Shown one piece after another: positions 9,088-18,891 of a DNA stretch of 64,000 nucleotides. The notes under the pieces are model-generated. The model was not told the origin of the DNA and ran no database searches. It saw only the letters and a list, made by a program, of their open reading frames with translations. Source of the stretch: Betaproteobacteria bacterium (GTDB lineage Bacteria; Pseudomonadota; Gammaproteobacteria; Burkholderiales; SG8-39); contig VBCA01000001.1 in the NCBI GenBank assembly GCA_005881575.1, positions 21,611 through 85,610 of the forward strand, given 5' to 3'. How positions within the stretch are numbered: position 1 is the first letter of the stretch; each line of letters opens with the position of its first letter. The position numbers and the translations under genes were made by a program.

Positions 9088-10230
9088 CTACGCCCCCTTC
9101 CCGCGGACCAGCAGGATGTCCTTGATCAATTTCGACACGCCCTGCAGCACGATCAGCGCCGCCCCGACGGGGATCGTCAGCTTTACCGGCCAGTACTGCA
9201 CCGTCCATTCGGTGAACGACGTTTCGGAGTTCTGAACCGCGTCCCAGGCGAATTTCCAGCCCGTGTAGAGCATGGTGAGGGTGAAGACGAAGAAGAAGAC
9301 GGAGGAGAGGATGTCGGCGATCGCCTTCCCGCGTTCCGACAGATGCGAGTACACGACGTCCACGCGTACGTGCTGGTCCTCGCGGTAGGCGTAGGCGCCC
9401 GAGATCATGTACTGCATGCCGTACATCAGGAACATGCTCTCGTGCACCCAGTTCGTAGGCGAATTGAAGACGAAGCGCGCGACCACCTCGTAGTAGTAGG
9501 CGAACACCGAGATCACCGCCCAGTAGGCGACGTACTCGCCCGCCTTGACGTTCACCCATTCGATCGCGTCGGTGAAGCGCGAGTGCAGCCGCATGGTCGG
9601 GTCTTCCGCCGTGCCGATCGCGGGGACGTCCGGTGGCGGCGCGTGCGGCGCGGCGGCTCCGGCTTCGCCCTTGGCGTGCAGCCGGCGCACGATGCCGGGC
9701 ATCAGGAAGGCGTCGACGAGGAGCAGCAGCGCGAGCGCAATGCCGAAGCCGCGGGACAGGTCGAACCAGTGGTCGGACACCGCTTTCGCCTCGCGGTATT
9801 CGGCCTCGTCCCTCTTCACCGCTTCCCGCGCCTGCTCCAGCGCGGCGGAATTGGAGGGCTCGACCTGCTCCACAGCCGTGTGCGCCTGCTCGAGCGCGGC
9901 GAAGGTGCGCGATACGTCGTCGCGCACCTCGCGCAGCTGGCTGTTGCAATAGACGACCGCGAGAAAAAGAGGCACGAAGGCGAAGCCCCACCAGCTCTTC
10001 AGGTAGAAGCGGTGGATGCCGGCAAAGCCTGCCGTCAGCCAGAACAGGTAGGCGTTGAAGAGAATCGGCTCGCGCGGCGCGCCGCGGCGGCGCTGCTGCG
10101 CGACCAGGTACATCGCGACCAGCGGAAACAGCGCCAGCCCGCCCCAATACATCCAGTGGGGCAAAATGAAGTTCAGCGTCGGCATGCGGCGGATCCCCCC
10201 CAAGAGCGCGCGAAGGGCGGAGGCGCCCAT
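9088..10230 (-). CDS. TM2 domain - coiled-coil linker - TRAP small permease (DctQ-like) fusion protein
   Basis: The N-terminus carries a TM2-domain signature (YLFWLTAGFAGIHRFYLKSWWG). A ~70-aa Ala/Glu-rich helical linker follows. The C-terminal ~170 aa resemble the DctQ of the first operon (EWVNVKAGEYVAYWAVISV... 4 TM). An alternative start, MPTLNF, lies at 10185. Confidence 0.7.
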   Translation of the reverse strand: MGASALRALLGGIRRMPTLNFILPHWMYWGGLALFPLVAMYLVAQQRRRGAPREPILFNAYLFWLTAGFAGIHRFYLKSWWGFAFVPLFLAVVYCNSQLREVRDDVSRTFAALEQAHTAVEQVEPSNSAALEQAREAVKRDEAEYREAKAVSDHWFDLSRGFGIALALLLLVDAFLMPGIVRRLHAKGEAGAAAPHAPPPDVPAIGTAEDPTMRLHSRFTDAIEWVNVKAGEYVAYWAVISVFAYYYEVVARFVFNSPTNWVHESMFLMYGMQYMISGAYAYREDQHVRVDVVYSHLSERGKAIADILSSVFFFVFTLTMLYTGWKFAWDAVQNSETSFTEWTVQYWPVKLTIPVGAALIVLQGVSKLIKDILLVRGKGA

Positions 10231-10251
10231 GCGGGCGCTTGCCCCTCGTGC

Positions 10252-10282
10252 GGGAAAAAAGGCCCGGCGAACCCGCCGAGCC
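10252..10282 (-). terminator. rho-independent terminator/attenuator after the second TRAP binding-protein gene
   Basis: On the minus strand GGCTCGGCG-ggtt-CGCCGGGCC (one G.U pair) is followed by TTTTTTCCC. It lies 9 nt downstream of the stop at 10291. Confidence 0.5.
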
Positions 10283-10290
10283 CGCGGGCT

Positions 10291-11415
10291 TCACGCGATG
10301 AGCTTCAATCCCCTGGTCATGTCGGGCGTGACGTAGCCGAACGTCGGCGACTCCATGACCTCGAGCTGCAGCTTGAAGATCCGCGCGGCATCGGCGTCCT
10401 TGTTCGCCCACTTGTACCAGATCGGCACGGCGACACGCTGGAACTTCGGCAGGTCCTCGGCGGGCAGCCGGGTGACCGTGGTACCGGCTTTGGCGAACTT
10501 GCCCCAGGCTTCCATGTCCGCCTTCTGGATCGCCGCATGGTGGATGTTCGAGTACACCTGGATCTCGTCGTCCAGCCACTCCTGCGTCTTCTTCGAGAGC
10601 TTCTTCCACACTTCCATGCGCACGACGAAATCCATCAGGTCGACCGGCTGGTAAATCGACTCGAGGCCCGCGGGCCCGGTCCAGATGTACTTGGTGACCT
10701 GCTGGAAGCCGAGGTCCCAGTTGACCGCCGGGCCGGTGTAGTCGGCCGCGTCGACCGTGCCTTTCTCCAGCGCCGAGAACACTTCCCCGCCGGGAAGCAA
10801 GGTCGTGCGCGCGCCGATGGCGGCGAAGCCTTCTGCAATCATGCCGCCCGGAACGCGCAGCTTCAGCCCCTTGAAGTCCTCGATGGTGCGGATCGGCTTC
10901 TTCGAGTGGATGATGTTCGGGCCGTGGTGGATGCGGTTGACGTAGTACAGGCCCTGCTTCGCGAACAGGTCGCGCGCCGCCTGCAATCCGCCCTTCGAGT
11001 AGAAGAACACGTCCCACTCGTGCGGATAGCGCAGCCCCATCAGATACGAGCTGAGGAACGCCGTCGCCGGGATCTTGCCCGCCCAGTAGAGCGTGAACGA
11101 GTTCATCGCCTCGAGCACGCCGTTCTTCACGCCGTCGAGTAGCTCGAAGTCGCCGACGATCTCCTTCGCGGCGTAGGGCTTGAACTCGAGCTCGCCCCCG
11201 GTCTTTTCCTTGATGGTGTTGCACCAGGCTTTGAACGTCGCCAGGCCGACGCCCGCGGGCCAGGATGTCTGCACCTTCCAGGTGGTGGTCGCTGCCGCCG
11301 CGGTGCGGATGAACGGCGCCCCGACCATGGTCGCGGCGCCCGCCGTGGCGGCCGCCGTGGTCAGAAATTTCCGCCGCGATGCGGCGCCCGGTTTCTTGGT
11401 TTCTTCGCTCCTCAT
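10291..11415 (-). CDS. TRAP transporter substrate-binding protein (Tat-signal)
   Basis: 374 aa with the signal MRSEETKKPGAASRRKFLTTAAATAGAATMVGAP. Paralogue of the 6424..7578 product. Confidence 0.85.
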   Translation of the reverse strand: MRSEETKKPGAASRRKFLTTAAATAGAATMVGAPFIRTAAAATTTWKVQTSWPAGVGLATFKAWCNTIKEKTGGELEFKPYAAKEIVGDFELLDGVKNGVLEAMNSFTLYWAGKIPATAFLSSYLMGLRYPHEWDVFFYSKGGLQAARDLFAKQGLYYVNRIHHGPNIIHSKKPIRTIEDFKGLKLRVPGGMIAEGFAAIGARTTLLPGGEVFSALEKGTVDAADYTGPAVNWDLGFQQVTKYIWTGPAGLESIYQPVDLMDFVVRMEVWKKLSKKTQEWLDDEIQVYSNIHHAAIQKADMEAWGKFAKAGTTVTRLPAEDLPKFQRVAVPIWYKWANKDADAARIFKLQLEVMESPTFGYVTPDMTRGLKLIA

Positions 11416-11550
11416 CAGGGTCTCCTTTGGTGAAAACGGTTGAACGTTGGTTCAGCGTTATCCGGTATTGTTGTTCCGGCACGACCCAATTCGTCGCCAC
11501 CCGGCCGTGGAAATCCTCCCTGAGGACTGTGACGCCAAGCGGGTGAAATC

Positions 11551-12927
11551 CTATGCCCTTGCCGGGATCATGGCAAGGCGGGTGTGGCGGCCTTCCGCAG
11601 GGTGAAACGCCGCAGACCGGGAAACCGCGGTCGGGTCGGCGCCTGCTGCGGCGGCGCGGGTGCCGCTCTTGTGGGGCGCGTTGGGATGCCAGCCCATTAC
11701 GAGGAGCAGGACGAAAAAGCCGATCACGTAGGCGAGGGTCACGTGCCAGCCGTGGTAGAGCCAGCGGCCGACCGACTTCGCCTCCGGGAACATGTTCGAC
11801 AAGGCGACCCCCGCGGACGACCCGAACCAGATCATGGAGCCGCCGAAGCCCACCGCGTAGGCGAGATACCCCCAGTCGTACCCGCCCTGCCTCAGCGCGA
11901 GGGCGGTGAGCGGGATATTGTCGAAGACCGCGGACACGAAGCCGAGTCCCATGGCGGTGTGCCAGGAGGCGGCGGGCAACTTCTCCACCGGCATCATCGT
12001 CGCCGCGGTGACGAGCGACAGCAGGAAGATGCTGCCCTTGAAGCTCTCGGGCAGCACTTCCCAGTCGGGACGGCGCAGGGGAACGGTGAGCAGCAGCGCG
12101 ATCACGACTGATGCGCCGATGAAGGGGAAATGATCCGAGCTTTCCGGGAATTTCACGTTCATGGCTACGTTGGTCACGATCGCCGCGATGAGGATGAAGA
12201 ACACGATTCCGAGCCGCGGCCAGTCGACGTGGATGTGTTGGTGCTCATGCTTGAGGATCGGCGAATAGCGCTGCTGCTGCAGCGCCGCCGGGATGCCGCA
12301 GATCACCACGGCAACGGAGGCAGCCACGTAGGCCTCGAGCACGTCGAGCGGGTCGACGCCGTCGATCCACATCATGGTGGTGGTGGTGTCGCCGACCACG
12401 CTGCCCGAGCCGCCCGCGTTCGACGCGGCCACGATCGCCGCGAGGTAGCCTATATGCACCTTGCCGCGGAACAGCGTGTGCGCCATGGCGCCGCCGATCA
12501 GCGCCGCCGCGATATTGTCGAGGAACGAGGACAGCACGAAGACGATCACCAGCAGCACGAAGCAACCCTTCCAATCGTGCGGCAGGAAGCGCGGCAGCAC
12601 CGCGGGCAGATGCGTTTTCTCGAAGTGCCGCGACAGCAGGGCGAAACCGAGAAGCAGGCAGAGCAGATTCGTGAGGATCACCCATTCACTGTGCATGTGG
12701 GCGCCGAGCCCGGCCAGCCCGGCGCCTTCCTTGAAGCCGGGGAAGCCGAGCTTGTACAGGGTAATGGCCGCAAGGCCCGCGAGCGCGACGTAGAGCGTGT
12801 GGCGGTGAAACAGCGCCACCCCGAGCAGCGTGACGCCGAAGAGGATGAAATCGACCGAGACGCCCAGCACGGCCGGGCCGGCGGCGGCGCAAGCCGGGGC
12901 CGACGCGGTCAGCGCGATGACGCCCAC
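11551..12927 (-). CDS. ArsB/NhaD-superfamily permease (citrate-transporter-like / Na+:H+ antiporter NhaD-like)
   Basis: 458 aa with ~11-12 TM helices. Motifs SSFLDNIAAALIGG and VFDNIPLTALAL are typical of the NhaD/ArsB ion-transporter superfamily. Confidence 0.65.
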   Translation of the reverse strand: MGVIALTASAPACAAAGPAVLGVSVDFILFGVTLLGVALFHRHTLYVALAGLAAITLYKLGFPGFKEGAGLAGLGAHMHSEWVILTNLLCLLLGFALLSRHFEKTHLPAVLPRFLPHDWKGCFVLLVIVFVLSSFLDNIAAALIGGAMAHTLFRGKVHIGYLAAIVAASNAGGSGSVVGDTTTTMMWIDGVDPLDVLEAYVAASVAVVICGIPAALQQQRYSPILKHEHQHIHVDWPRLGIVFFILIAAIVTNVAMNVKFPESSDHFPFIGASVVIALLLTVPLRRPDWEVLPESFKGSIFLLSLVTAATMMPVEKLPAASWHTAMGLGFVSAVFDNIPLTALALRQGGYDWGYLAYAVGFGGSMIWFGSSAGVALSNMFPEAKSVGRWLYHGWHVTLAYVIGFFVLLLVMGWHPNAPHKSGTRAAAAGADPTAVSRSAAFHPAEGRHTRLAMIPARA

Positions 12928-13078
12928 AACGATTCTGTGTGCAGACTGCAGCGTTCCTCCCCGAGCGAGGCGGCGATTGTAGCATCCGCCCGGGGCATTT
13001 TTACTCCGGGTCGTATCGTGTTACATTGCTTCCGAGCCCCCGTTTTCCGCACGACCCAGAAACCCGACAGGAGTCCGC

Positions 13079-15328
13079 ATGAGACTGTCGCTTCGGTTCA
13101 TCCTTCCCCTCGCCCTCACGCTCGCGGCCATCGCGTACGCGGTCATACCGCTCGTCGACAAGTTTACGCTCCAGTGGTTCGTGCGCGACCTCGACATCCG
13201 CACCTCGCTCATCGCGAACACGATCCAGGATCCGTTGCGGGACCTCGTTCGCGAGGGCTCGCGAACGAAGGTATTGCGTTTTTTCGACCGGATCATGCAG
13301 GACGAACGATTGTTCGCGGTCGCCTTCTGCGACCCGTCCCGCAGGATGATCTACAAGACCGCGGTGTTCCCCGCTTCGATCACCTGCGCGAGCGACGGCG
13401 GCGACGCGCTCGTCAGCGAGAGCCGCCTGGTGAACCTCCAGCGCGGCCCGATCCACGTGGCGATCCACCGTGTCGAATCCGAAGGCACGGCCTACGGCTA
13501 TCTGATGCTGGTGCACGACATGAGCTTCGTGCAGCGGCGCAGCGACGACACCAAGAAATACATCTTCTATCTCTTTGCCGCGATCGGGGCGATCGTTTCG
13601 CTGGTGACCGTGGTGATAGCGGAAATCAGCTGGCGCGGCTGGGTCGCGGGCCTGAAGGCCGTGATCCGGGGCGAAGCGTTCGGTCGCGGCGAGACGACGA
13701 AGGTGCCCCCGCGCGAATTGCGGCCGGTGGCGCGCGATCTCCGGGCGCTGATCCGCGATCTCGAGTCGGAGCGCAGGGCGCGGGACGAGAGCCAGATCAA
13801 CTGGTCGGCCGATACGCTCCGGGGAATACTGCGCAACGACCTCAAAGGCGAGGAAGTGCTCATCGTTTCCAACCGAGAACCCTACATCCACATGCGGCGC
13901 AACGATCGCATCGAGGTGCAGCGGCCCGCGAGCGGCCTAGTGACCGCGCTCGAGCCCGTAATGCGGGCGTGCTCGGGAACCTGGATCGCGCACGGCAGCG
14001 GCAACGCGGACCGCGAAACGGCGGATTCAACGGACCACGTCATGGTCCCGCCCGAGCGTCCCGCTTACCGGATCAGGCGCGTCTGGCTCTCCAAGGAGGA
14101 GGAGGCCGGGTACTACTACGGGTTCTCGAACAGCGGCCTGTGGCCCTTGTGCCATATCGCGCACACGCGCCCGATCTTTCGCACCGCGGACTGGAACACC
14201 TACCTCACCGTGAACCGCCGCTTCGCCGACACGGTGGTGCGCGAAGCCAAGACCGCCGATCCCATCGTCCTGGTCCAGGACTATCACTTCGCGCTGCTGC
14301 CCCGCATGATCCGGGAACGGCTGCCGGAAGCGACCGTCATCACGTTCTGGCACATCCCCTGGCCCAACGCCGAGGCCTTCGGAATCTGCCCGTGGGGCGA
14401 AGCGATCATCGACGGGCTTCTCGGCAGCAGCATCCTGGGATTTCACACCCAGTTCCACTGCAACAATTTCATCGACGCCGTGGACCGCTACGTCGAGGCG
14501 CGAATCGACCGCGAGACCTTCACCATCTCCTACGGCGGAGACCAGACCGCGGTGCGTCGATATCCGATCTCGATAGAATGGCCGCTCAACTCCAAGACCA
14601 TGCAAAAGCCGCTGCTGGAATGCCGCGCCGACGTGCGCAAGCGAAACGGCCTCACCGCGGACGCGGTGATCGGCGTCGGCGTGGACCGCCTCGACTATAC
14701 CAAGGGGATACTCGAACGATTCCTCGCGGTCGAGCGCTTTCTCGAGCTCGAGCCCGAATGGATCGGCAAGTTCGTGTTCGTCCAGATCGCGGCGCCTTCG
14801 CGCTCCAGCATCGACGAGTACCAGAACTTCGACGCGCGCGTGCGCGCGCTCGCCCGCCGGATCAACGACAAATTCTCGAACAAGCTGCACGAACCGATCC
14901 TTCTCAAGATCGAGCACTACGATCCCGATGACGTCTACGAGTACTACCGGGCGTCGGATCTGTGTTTCGTGAGCAGCCTGCACGACGGCATGAACCTCGT
15001 CGCCAAGGAGTTCGTGGCGTCGCGCGACGACGAGCGCGGGGTGCTCATCCTCAGCCAGTTCACGGGGGCGTCGCGGGAGCTGCCGGAAGCCCTGATCGTC
15101 AATCCCTACAACGTCGACCAGTGCGCGGGAGCCCTGAAGACGGCGCTCACGATGCCGCCCGCGGAGCAGCGCGACCGGATGCGCAGCATGCGCGGCCTCA
15201 TCCAGGAATTCAACGTGTACCGCTGGGCCGGGCGCATGCTGCTCGACGCGGGCCAGATGCGCATGCGCTCGCGCCTGTTCGCCCGCGCGGACCGCGGACG
15301 CAAGCGCGTTCCCCTGCGCAGCGTCTGA
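13079..15328 (+). CDS. otsA: trehalose-6-phosphate synthase (GT20) with N-terminal two-TM sensor-like extension
   Basis: The C-terminal ~480 aa carry OtsA motifs ([41 protein letters not shown]). The N-terminal ~260 aa have TM1 ([20 protein letters not shown]), a ~150-aa loop, TM2 ([23 protein letters not shown]) and a helical linker. Confidence 0.85.
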   Translation: MRLSLRFILPLALTLAAIAYAVIPLVDKFTLQWFVRDLDIRTSLIANTIQDPLRDLVREGSRTKVLRFFDRIMQDERLFAVAFCDPSRRMIYKTAVFPASITCASDGGDALVSESRLVNLQRGPIHVAIHRVESEGTAYGYLMLVHDMSFVQRRSDDTKKYIFYLFAAIGAIVSLVTVVIAEISWRGWVAGLKAVIRGEAFGRGETTKVPPRELRPVARDLRALIRDLESERRARDESQINWSADTLRGILRNDLKGEEVLIVSNREPYIHMRRNDRIEVQRPASGLVTALEPVMRACSGTWIAHGSGNADRETADSTDHVMVPPERPAYRIRRVWLSKEEEAGYYYGFSNSGLWPLCHIAHTRPIFRTADWNTYLTVNRRFADTVVREAKTADPIVLVQDYHFALLPRMIRERLPEATVITFWHIPWPNAEAFGICPWGEAIIDGLLGSSILGFHTQFHCNNFIDAVDRYVEARIDRETFTISYGGDQTAVRRYPISIEWPLNSKTMQKPLLECRADVRKRNGLTADAVIGVGVDRLDYTKGILERFLAVERFLELEPEWIGKFVFVQIAAPSRSSIDEYQNFDARVRALARRINDKFSNKLHEPILLKIEHYDPDDVYEYYRASDLCFVSSLHDGMNLVAKEFVASRDDERGVLILSQFTGASRELPEALIVNPYNVDQCAGALKTALTMPPAEQRDRMRSMRGLIQEFNVYRWAGRMLLDAGQMRMRSRLFARADRGRKRVPLRSV

Positions 15329-15334
15329 TCACGG

Positions 15335-16180
15335 GTGCCGATGCCGAAATCCAGCAGCCGGAGTCGCGACGTGGCCCCCGCGCGACCGCGAAGACAGCCG
15401 CTCCAGGACGGGGCGGTCGCGGACATCGGGTTCCCGCTCGGAACCGTGCCGCGCCTGCCCGCGGACGCGGGATTCTTCCTGGACATCGACGGGACGCTTC
15501 TGGACATCGCCGAAAGCCCGCACCTCGTGCGGATCGACGACGATCTCGGGCATCTGCTCGCGACGATACGCGACGCTTCGGGCGGGGCGGTCGCGCTCAT
15601 CAGCGGGCGCTCGGTCGCGGAAATCGACCGGCTTTTCGGCAGGAATTTCTGCGCAGCCGGGCAGCACGGGGCGGAGCGCCGCGACGCCGCGGGAAGGATG
15701 CACCAGCACCGCGTCCCGCTCGCGGGACTTCGCAGGGCGCTCGAGCGCCTGAGGGCGATGGCCGCCGAACACCCCGCGCTCGTGCTCGAGGACAAGGGCA
15801 TGAATCTCGCGCTCCATTACCGCTCGGCGCCGGAGCTGGGCGCGACGGTGCGCGAAACCCTCCGCCGGCTGGTCGAGGAGCTCGGCGACGACTTCGAGCT
15901 GCAATCGGGAAAAATGGTGTTGGAAATCAAACCGAGCGGAAAGGACAAGGGTACGGCGATCGAGGAGTTCCTCGCGGAGGCTCCGTTCCGGGACCGCCTC
16001 CCGGTGTTCATCGGCGACGATCTCACGGATGAATTCGGTTTCGAGCTCATCAACCGGGTCGGAGGCTGCTCGGTCAAAGTGGGCGAAGGCAGCTCGGCCG
16101 CGCATTGGCGGTTGCGGAACGCGGACGCAGTGCGGGCGTGGCTCAAGCGCTTCGTCGAGCGAGAGCGGCACAAGCCGTGA
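15335..16180 (+). CDS. otsB: trehalose-6-phosphate phosphatase (HAD family)
   Basis: HAD motif I FFLDIDGTLLD, plus KGTAIEEFL and FIGDDLTDE motifs. It follows otsA after 6 nt. The exact start is uncertain. Confidence 0.8.
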   Translation: MPMPKSSSRSRDVAPARPRRQPLQDGAVADIGFPLGTVPRLPADAGFFLDIDGTLLDIAESPHLVRIDDDLGHLLATIRDASGGAVALISGRSVAEIDRLFGRNFCAAGQHGAERRDAAGRMHQHRVPLAGLRRALERLRAMAAEHPALVLEDKGMNLALHYRSAPELGATVRETLRRLVEELGDDFELQSGKMVLEIKPSGKDKGTAIEEFLAEAPFRDRLPVFIGDDLTDEFGFELINRVGGCSVKVGEGSSAAHWRLRNADAVRAWLKRFVERERHKP

Positions 16181-17964
16181 CCAGCCTCGACCTCGCACTG
16201 ATCGGGAACTCGAGCGTCGCGGCGCTGATCGATGCGAGCGGGACGATCGTCTGGTCCTGCCTGCCGCGCTTCGACAGCGACGCGGTGTTCTGCTCCCTCT
16301 TGCGCGACGCGCGCGGCGCGGATGACCACGGGTTTTTCGAGATCGAGCTCGCCGATTTCGCCCGCGCCGAGCAGGCCTACATCGCGCACACGCCGATCCT
16401 CAAGACCCGGCTTTTCGACCGGCACGGCAGCGGCGTCGAGATCACCGACCTCGCCCCGCGGTTCGAGCAGTTCGGCAGGCTCTTCTGCCCCGTGATGCTC
16501 ATGCGCCAGGTGCGCCCGATCTCGGGCAGCCCGCGCATCCGCATGCGCATCCGGCCCGCGTGCGAGTACGGAGCGCGCCGCCCCGCGACCACCTGGGGCA
16601 GCAATCACGTGCGCTACGTCATGCCCGAGATGGTCCTCCGGGCGACCTCCGACTACTCGATCACCGCGATCCTGGAGGAGACGCCGGTCGTGCTGCGGGA
16701 GCCGGTGTCGGTCGTGCTCGGGCCGGACGAGACCCTGCAGGGCTCCGCCGGGGAAGTGTTTCGCAGGTTCCTCGACGACACCGCCGCCTTCTGGCGGGCC
16801 TGGGTGCGCAATCTCGGCATCCCGTACGAATGGCAGGAGAACATCATCCGCGCGGCCATCACCTTGAAGCTCAACGCCTACGAGGATACCGGCGCGATCG
16901 TGGCGGCGGTGAGCACCTCGATCCCGGAGTCGCGCGCGAGCGGCCGCAACTGGGACTACCGCTACTGCTGGCTGCGCGACGCGTACTTCGTCGTGAATGC
17001 GCTCAACCGGATGAACGCAACGCTACCGATGGAGCGCTACCTCGACTACATCATCAATATCGCCACGAGCACCAACGGCCGCGACCTGCAGCCGGTGTAC
17101 GCCATCAGCGGCAAGGCGGGGATCGAGGAGCGTGAAATCGGATCGCTGCCCGGCTACCGCGGCATGGGGCCGGTGAGGGTCGGCAACCAGGCGTATTCCC
17201 AGGTCCAGCACGACGTCTACGGCGCGGCGATCCTGGCCGCGGCGCACGTGTTCTTCGACGCGCGGCTCGCGCTGCGCAGCGACGAGTCGCTTCTCCGCCA
17301 ACTCGAGCAGCTCGGCGAACGCGCCGCTGCGCTCTTCGACCAGCCCGATGCGGGCCTGTGGGAGCTGCGCGGGTCGAAGCGCGTCCACACTTTTTCCAGT
17401 GTTATGTGCTGGGCCGGGTGCGACCGCCTCGCAAAGATCGCAGCGCGTATCGGGCTCGCGGACCGCGCGCGCAGCTGGCGCGCGCGCGCCGACACCATGC
17501 ATTCGGCGATATGCGACCGGGCCTGGAACGGGAAGCGCAAGACCTTCGCCGCCACTTTCGGCGGCGAGGACCTGGACGCGAGCCTGCTCCTCCTGCACGA
17601 ACTCAATTTCCTGCGCGCCGACGACCCGCGCTTCGCCGCGACGGTCCAGGCGGTCGAGCGCGAGCTGCGGCGCGGCGAGTACCTGTTCCGCTACAGCGTG
17701 CCGGACGACTTCGGCGTCCCCGAGAACGCCTTCGTGGTCTGCACCTTCTGGTACATCGACGCGCTGTCGGCGCTGGGCCGGAAGGACGAGGCCCGCGCCC
17801 TGTTCCAGAGCATACTCGCCCGCTGCAACCGCCACGGGCTGCTCTCAGAGCATATCGACCCGCGCACCGGCGAATTGTGGGGGAATTTCCCGCAGACCTA
17901 CAGCATGGTCGGCATGATCAATTCCGCCATGCGTCTCAGCATCCCCTGGGACGAGGCCTATTGA
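16177..17964 (+). CDS. glycoside hydrolase family 15 protein (glucoamylase/trehalase-like)
   Basis: Trimmed to the GTG at 16177, which overlaps the otsB stop (GTGA): (M)TSLDLALIGNSSVAALIDASGTIVWSCLPRFDSD... GH15 catalytic-domain motifs are present (NWDYRYCWLRDA, FWYIDAL). Confidence 0.8.
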   Translation: MTSLDLALIGNSSVAALIDASGTIVWSCLPRFDSDAVFCSLLRDARGADDHGFFEIELADFARAEQAYIAHTPILKTRLFDRHGSGVEITDLAPRFEQFGRLFCPVMLMRQVRPISGSPRIRMRIRPACEYGARRPATTWGSNHVRYVMPEMVLRATSDYSITAILEETPVVLREPVSVVLGPDETLQGSAGEVFRRFLDDTAAFWRAWVRNLGIPYEWQENIIRAAITLKLNAYEDTGAIVAAVSTSIPESRASGRNWDYRYCWLRDAYFVVNALNRMNATLPMERYLDYIINIATSTNGRDLQPVYAISGKAGIEEREIGSLPGYRGMGPVRVGNQAYSQVQHDVYGAAILAAAHVFFDARLALRSDESLLRQLEQLGERAAALFDQPDAGLWELRGSKRVHTFSSVMCWAGCDRLAKIAARIGLADRARSWRARADTMHSAICDRAWNGKRKTFAATFGGEDLDASLLLLHELNFLRADDPRFAATVQAVERELRRGEYLFRYSVPDDFGVPENAFVVCTFWYIDALSALGRKDEARALFQSILARCNRHGLLSEHIDPRTGELWGNFPQTYSMVGMINSAMRLSIPWDEAY

Positions 17965-17986
17965 ATTCCCGCGCCTTCCGCCCGAA

Positions 17987-18880
17987 ATGATCCGCATCGG
18001 CGTGGACATCGGCGGCACCAAGATGGAGATCGCCGCGATCGACGAATCGGGCGCGGAGCTGCTGCGGCGCCGCGAGTCCGCACCCCGCGCGGGTTACGCG
18101 CAGGCGATCGAGGCGATCGCGCAATTCGTTCTCGCGGTCGAAAGCGAGCTCGGCGCGCGCTGCACCGTGGGAATCGGCACGCCGGGCGCAGTGTCGCGCA
18201 CGACGGGGGTGCTCAGGAACGCGTACGCGAGCGCGCTGAACGGGATGCCGGTGAGGCCCGATCTCGAGCGGCTGCTCGGCCGCGAGGTGCGCTTCGCCAA
18301 CGACGCCAACTGCTTCGCGCTCTCGGAGGCGATCGACGGCGCGGCAAAAGGCGCGGGGATCGTTTTCGGCGTGATTCTAGGCACCGGCGTCGGCGGCGGG
18401 GTCGTCGTCGACGCCCGCGCCATCGAGGGCGCGAACGCGATCTGCGGCGAGTGGGGCCACAATTCCCTGCCGTGGCCGGCGCCCGAGGAAATGCCGGGCC
18501 CGCGCTGCGCGTGCGGCCGCGACGGGTGCATCGAAGCCTTCCTGTCGGGTCCGGGACTCGCCCGCGATCACCTGCTCGCGACGGGAGAGGCGCGCGCCCC
18601 CGCCGACATCGCCGCGCGCGCCGAATCGGGCGACCGCGGCTGCGCGGCTACGCTCGAGCGCTACGAGGGGCGGCTCGCGCGCGCGCTCGCGAGCGTCATG
18701 AATCTGCTCGATCCCGAGGTCATCGTGCTCGGCGGCGGGCTGTCGAACACCGCTCGGCTGTACCGCAACGTGCCCGCGCGCTGGGGACCCTACGTTTATT
18801 CGGAGTCCGTCGTGACGTCGCTCGTAAAGGCGGCGCACGGCGACGCGAGCGGGGTCCGCGGCGCGGCGCGGCTTTGGTGA
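17987..18880 (+). CDS. ROK-family sugar kinase (glucokinase/fructokinase-like)
   Basis: ATP-binding N-terminus MIRIGVDIGGTK and the ROK zinc motif CACGRDGCIEAFLSG. Last gene of the trehalose operon. Confidence 0.8.
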   Translation: MIRIGVDIGGTKMEIAAIDESGAELLRRRESAPRAGYAQAIEAIAQFVLAVESELGARCTVGIGTPGAVSRTTGVLRNAYASALNGMPVRPDLERLLGREVRFANDANCFALSEAIDGAAKGAGIVFGVILGTGVGGGVVVDARAIEGANAICGEWGHNSLPWPAPEEMPGPRCACGRDGCIEAFLSGPGLARDHLLATGEARAPADIAARAESGDRGCAATLERYEGRLARALASVMNLLDPEVIVLGGGLSNTARLYRNVPARWGPYVYSESVVTSLVKAAHGDASGVRGAARLW

Positions 18881-18891
18881 CGCCCCTCCGG

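Noticed and set aside
8788-11500. Very long ORFs 8788..11142 (+, 784 aa) and 9053..11500 (-, 815 aa) spanning the second TRAP operon.
   Set aside because: Their translations are Arg/Ala/Gly/Pro-rich low-complexity sequence with no recognisable motifs. They lie antisense to, or out of frame with, three well-supported TRAP genes. These are typical shadow ORFs of GC-rich DNA.
12130-14931. 933-aa plus-strand ORF overlapping the NhaD-like gene and otsA.
   Set aside because: It is out of frame relative to the motif-rich otsA ORF and antisense to the permease gene. Its composition is dominated by R/G/A/P, and no domain signature is present.
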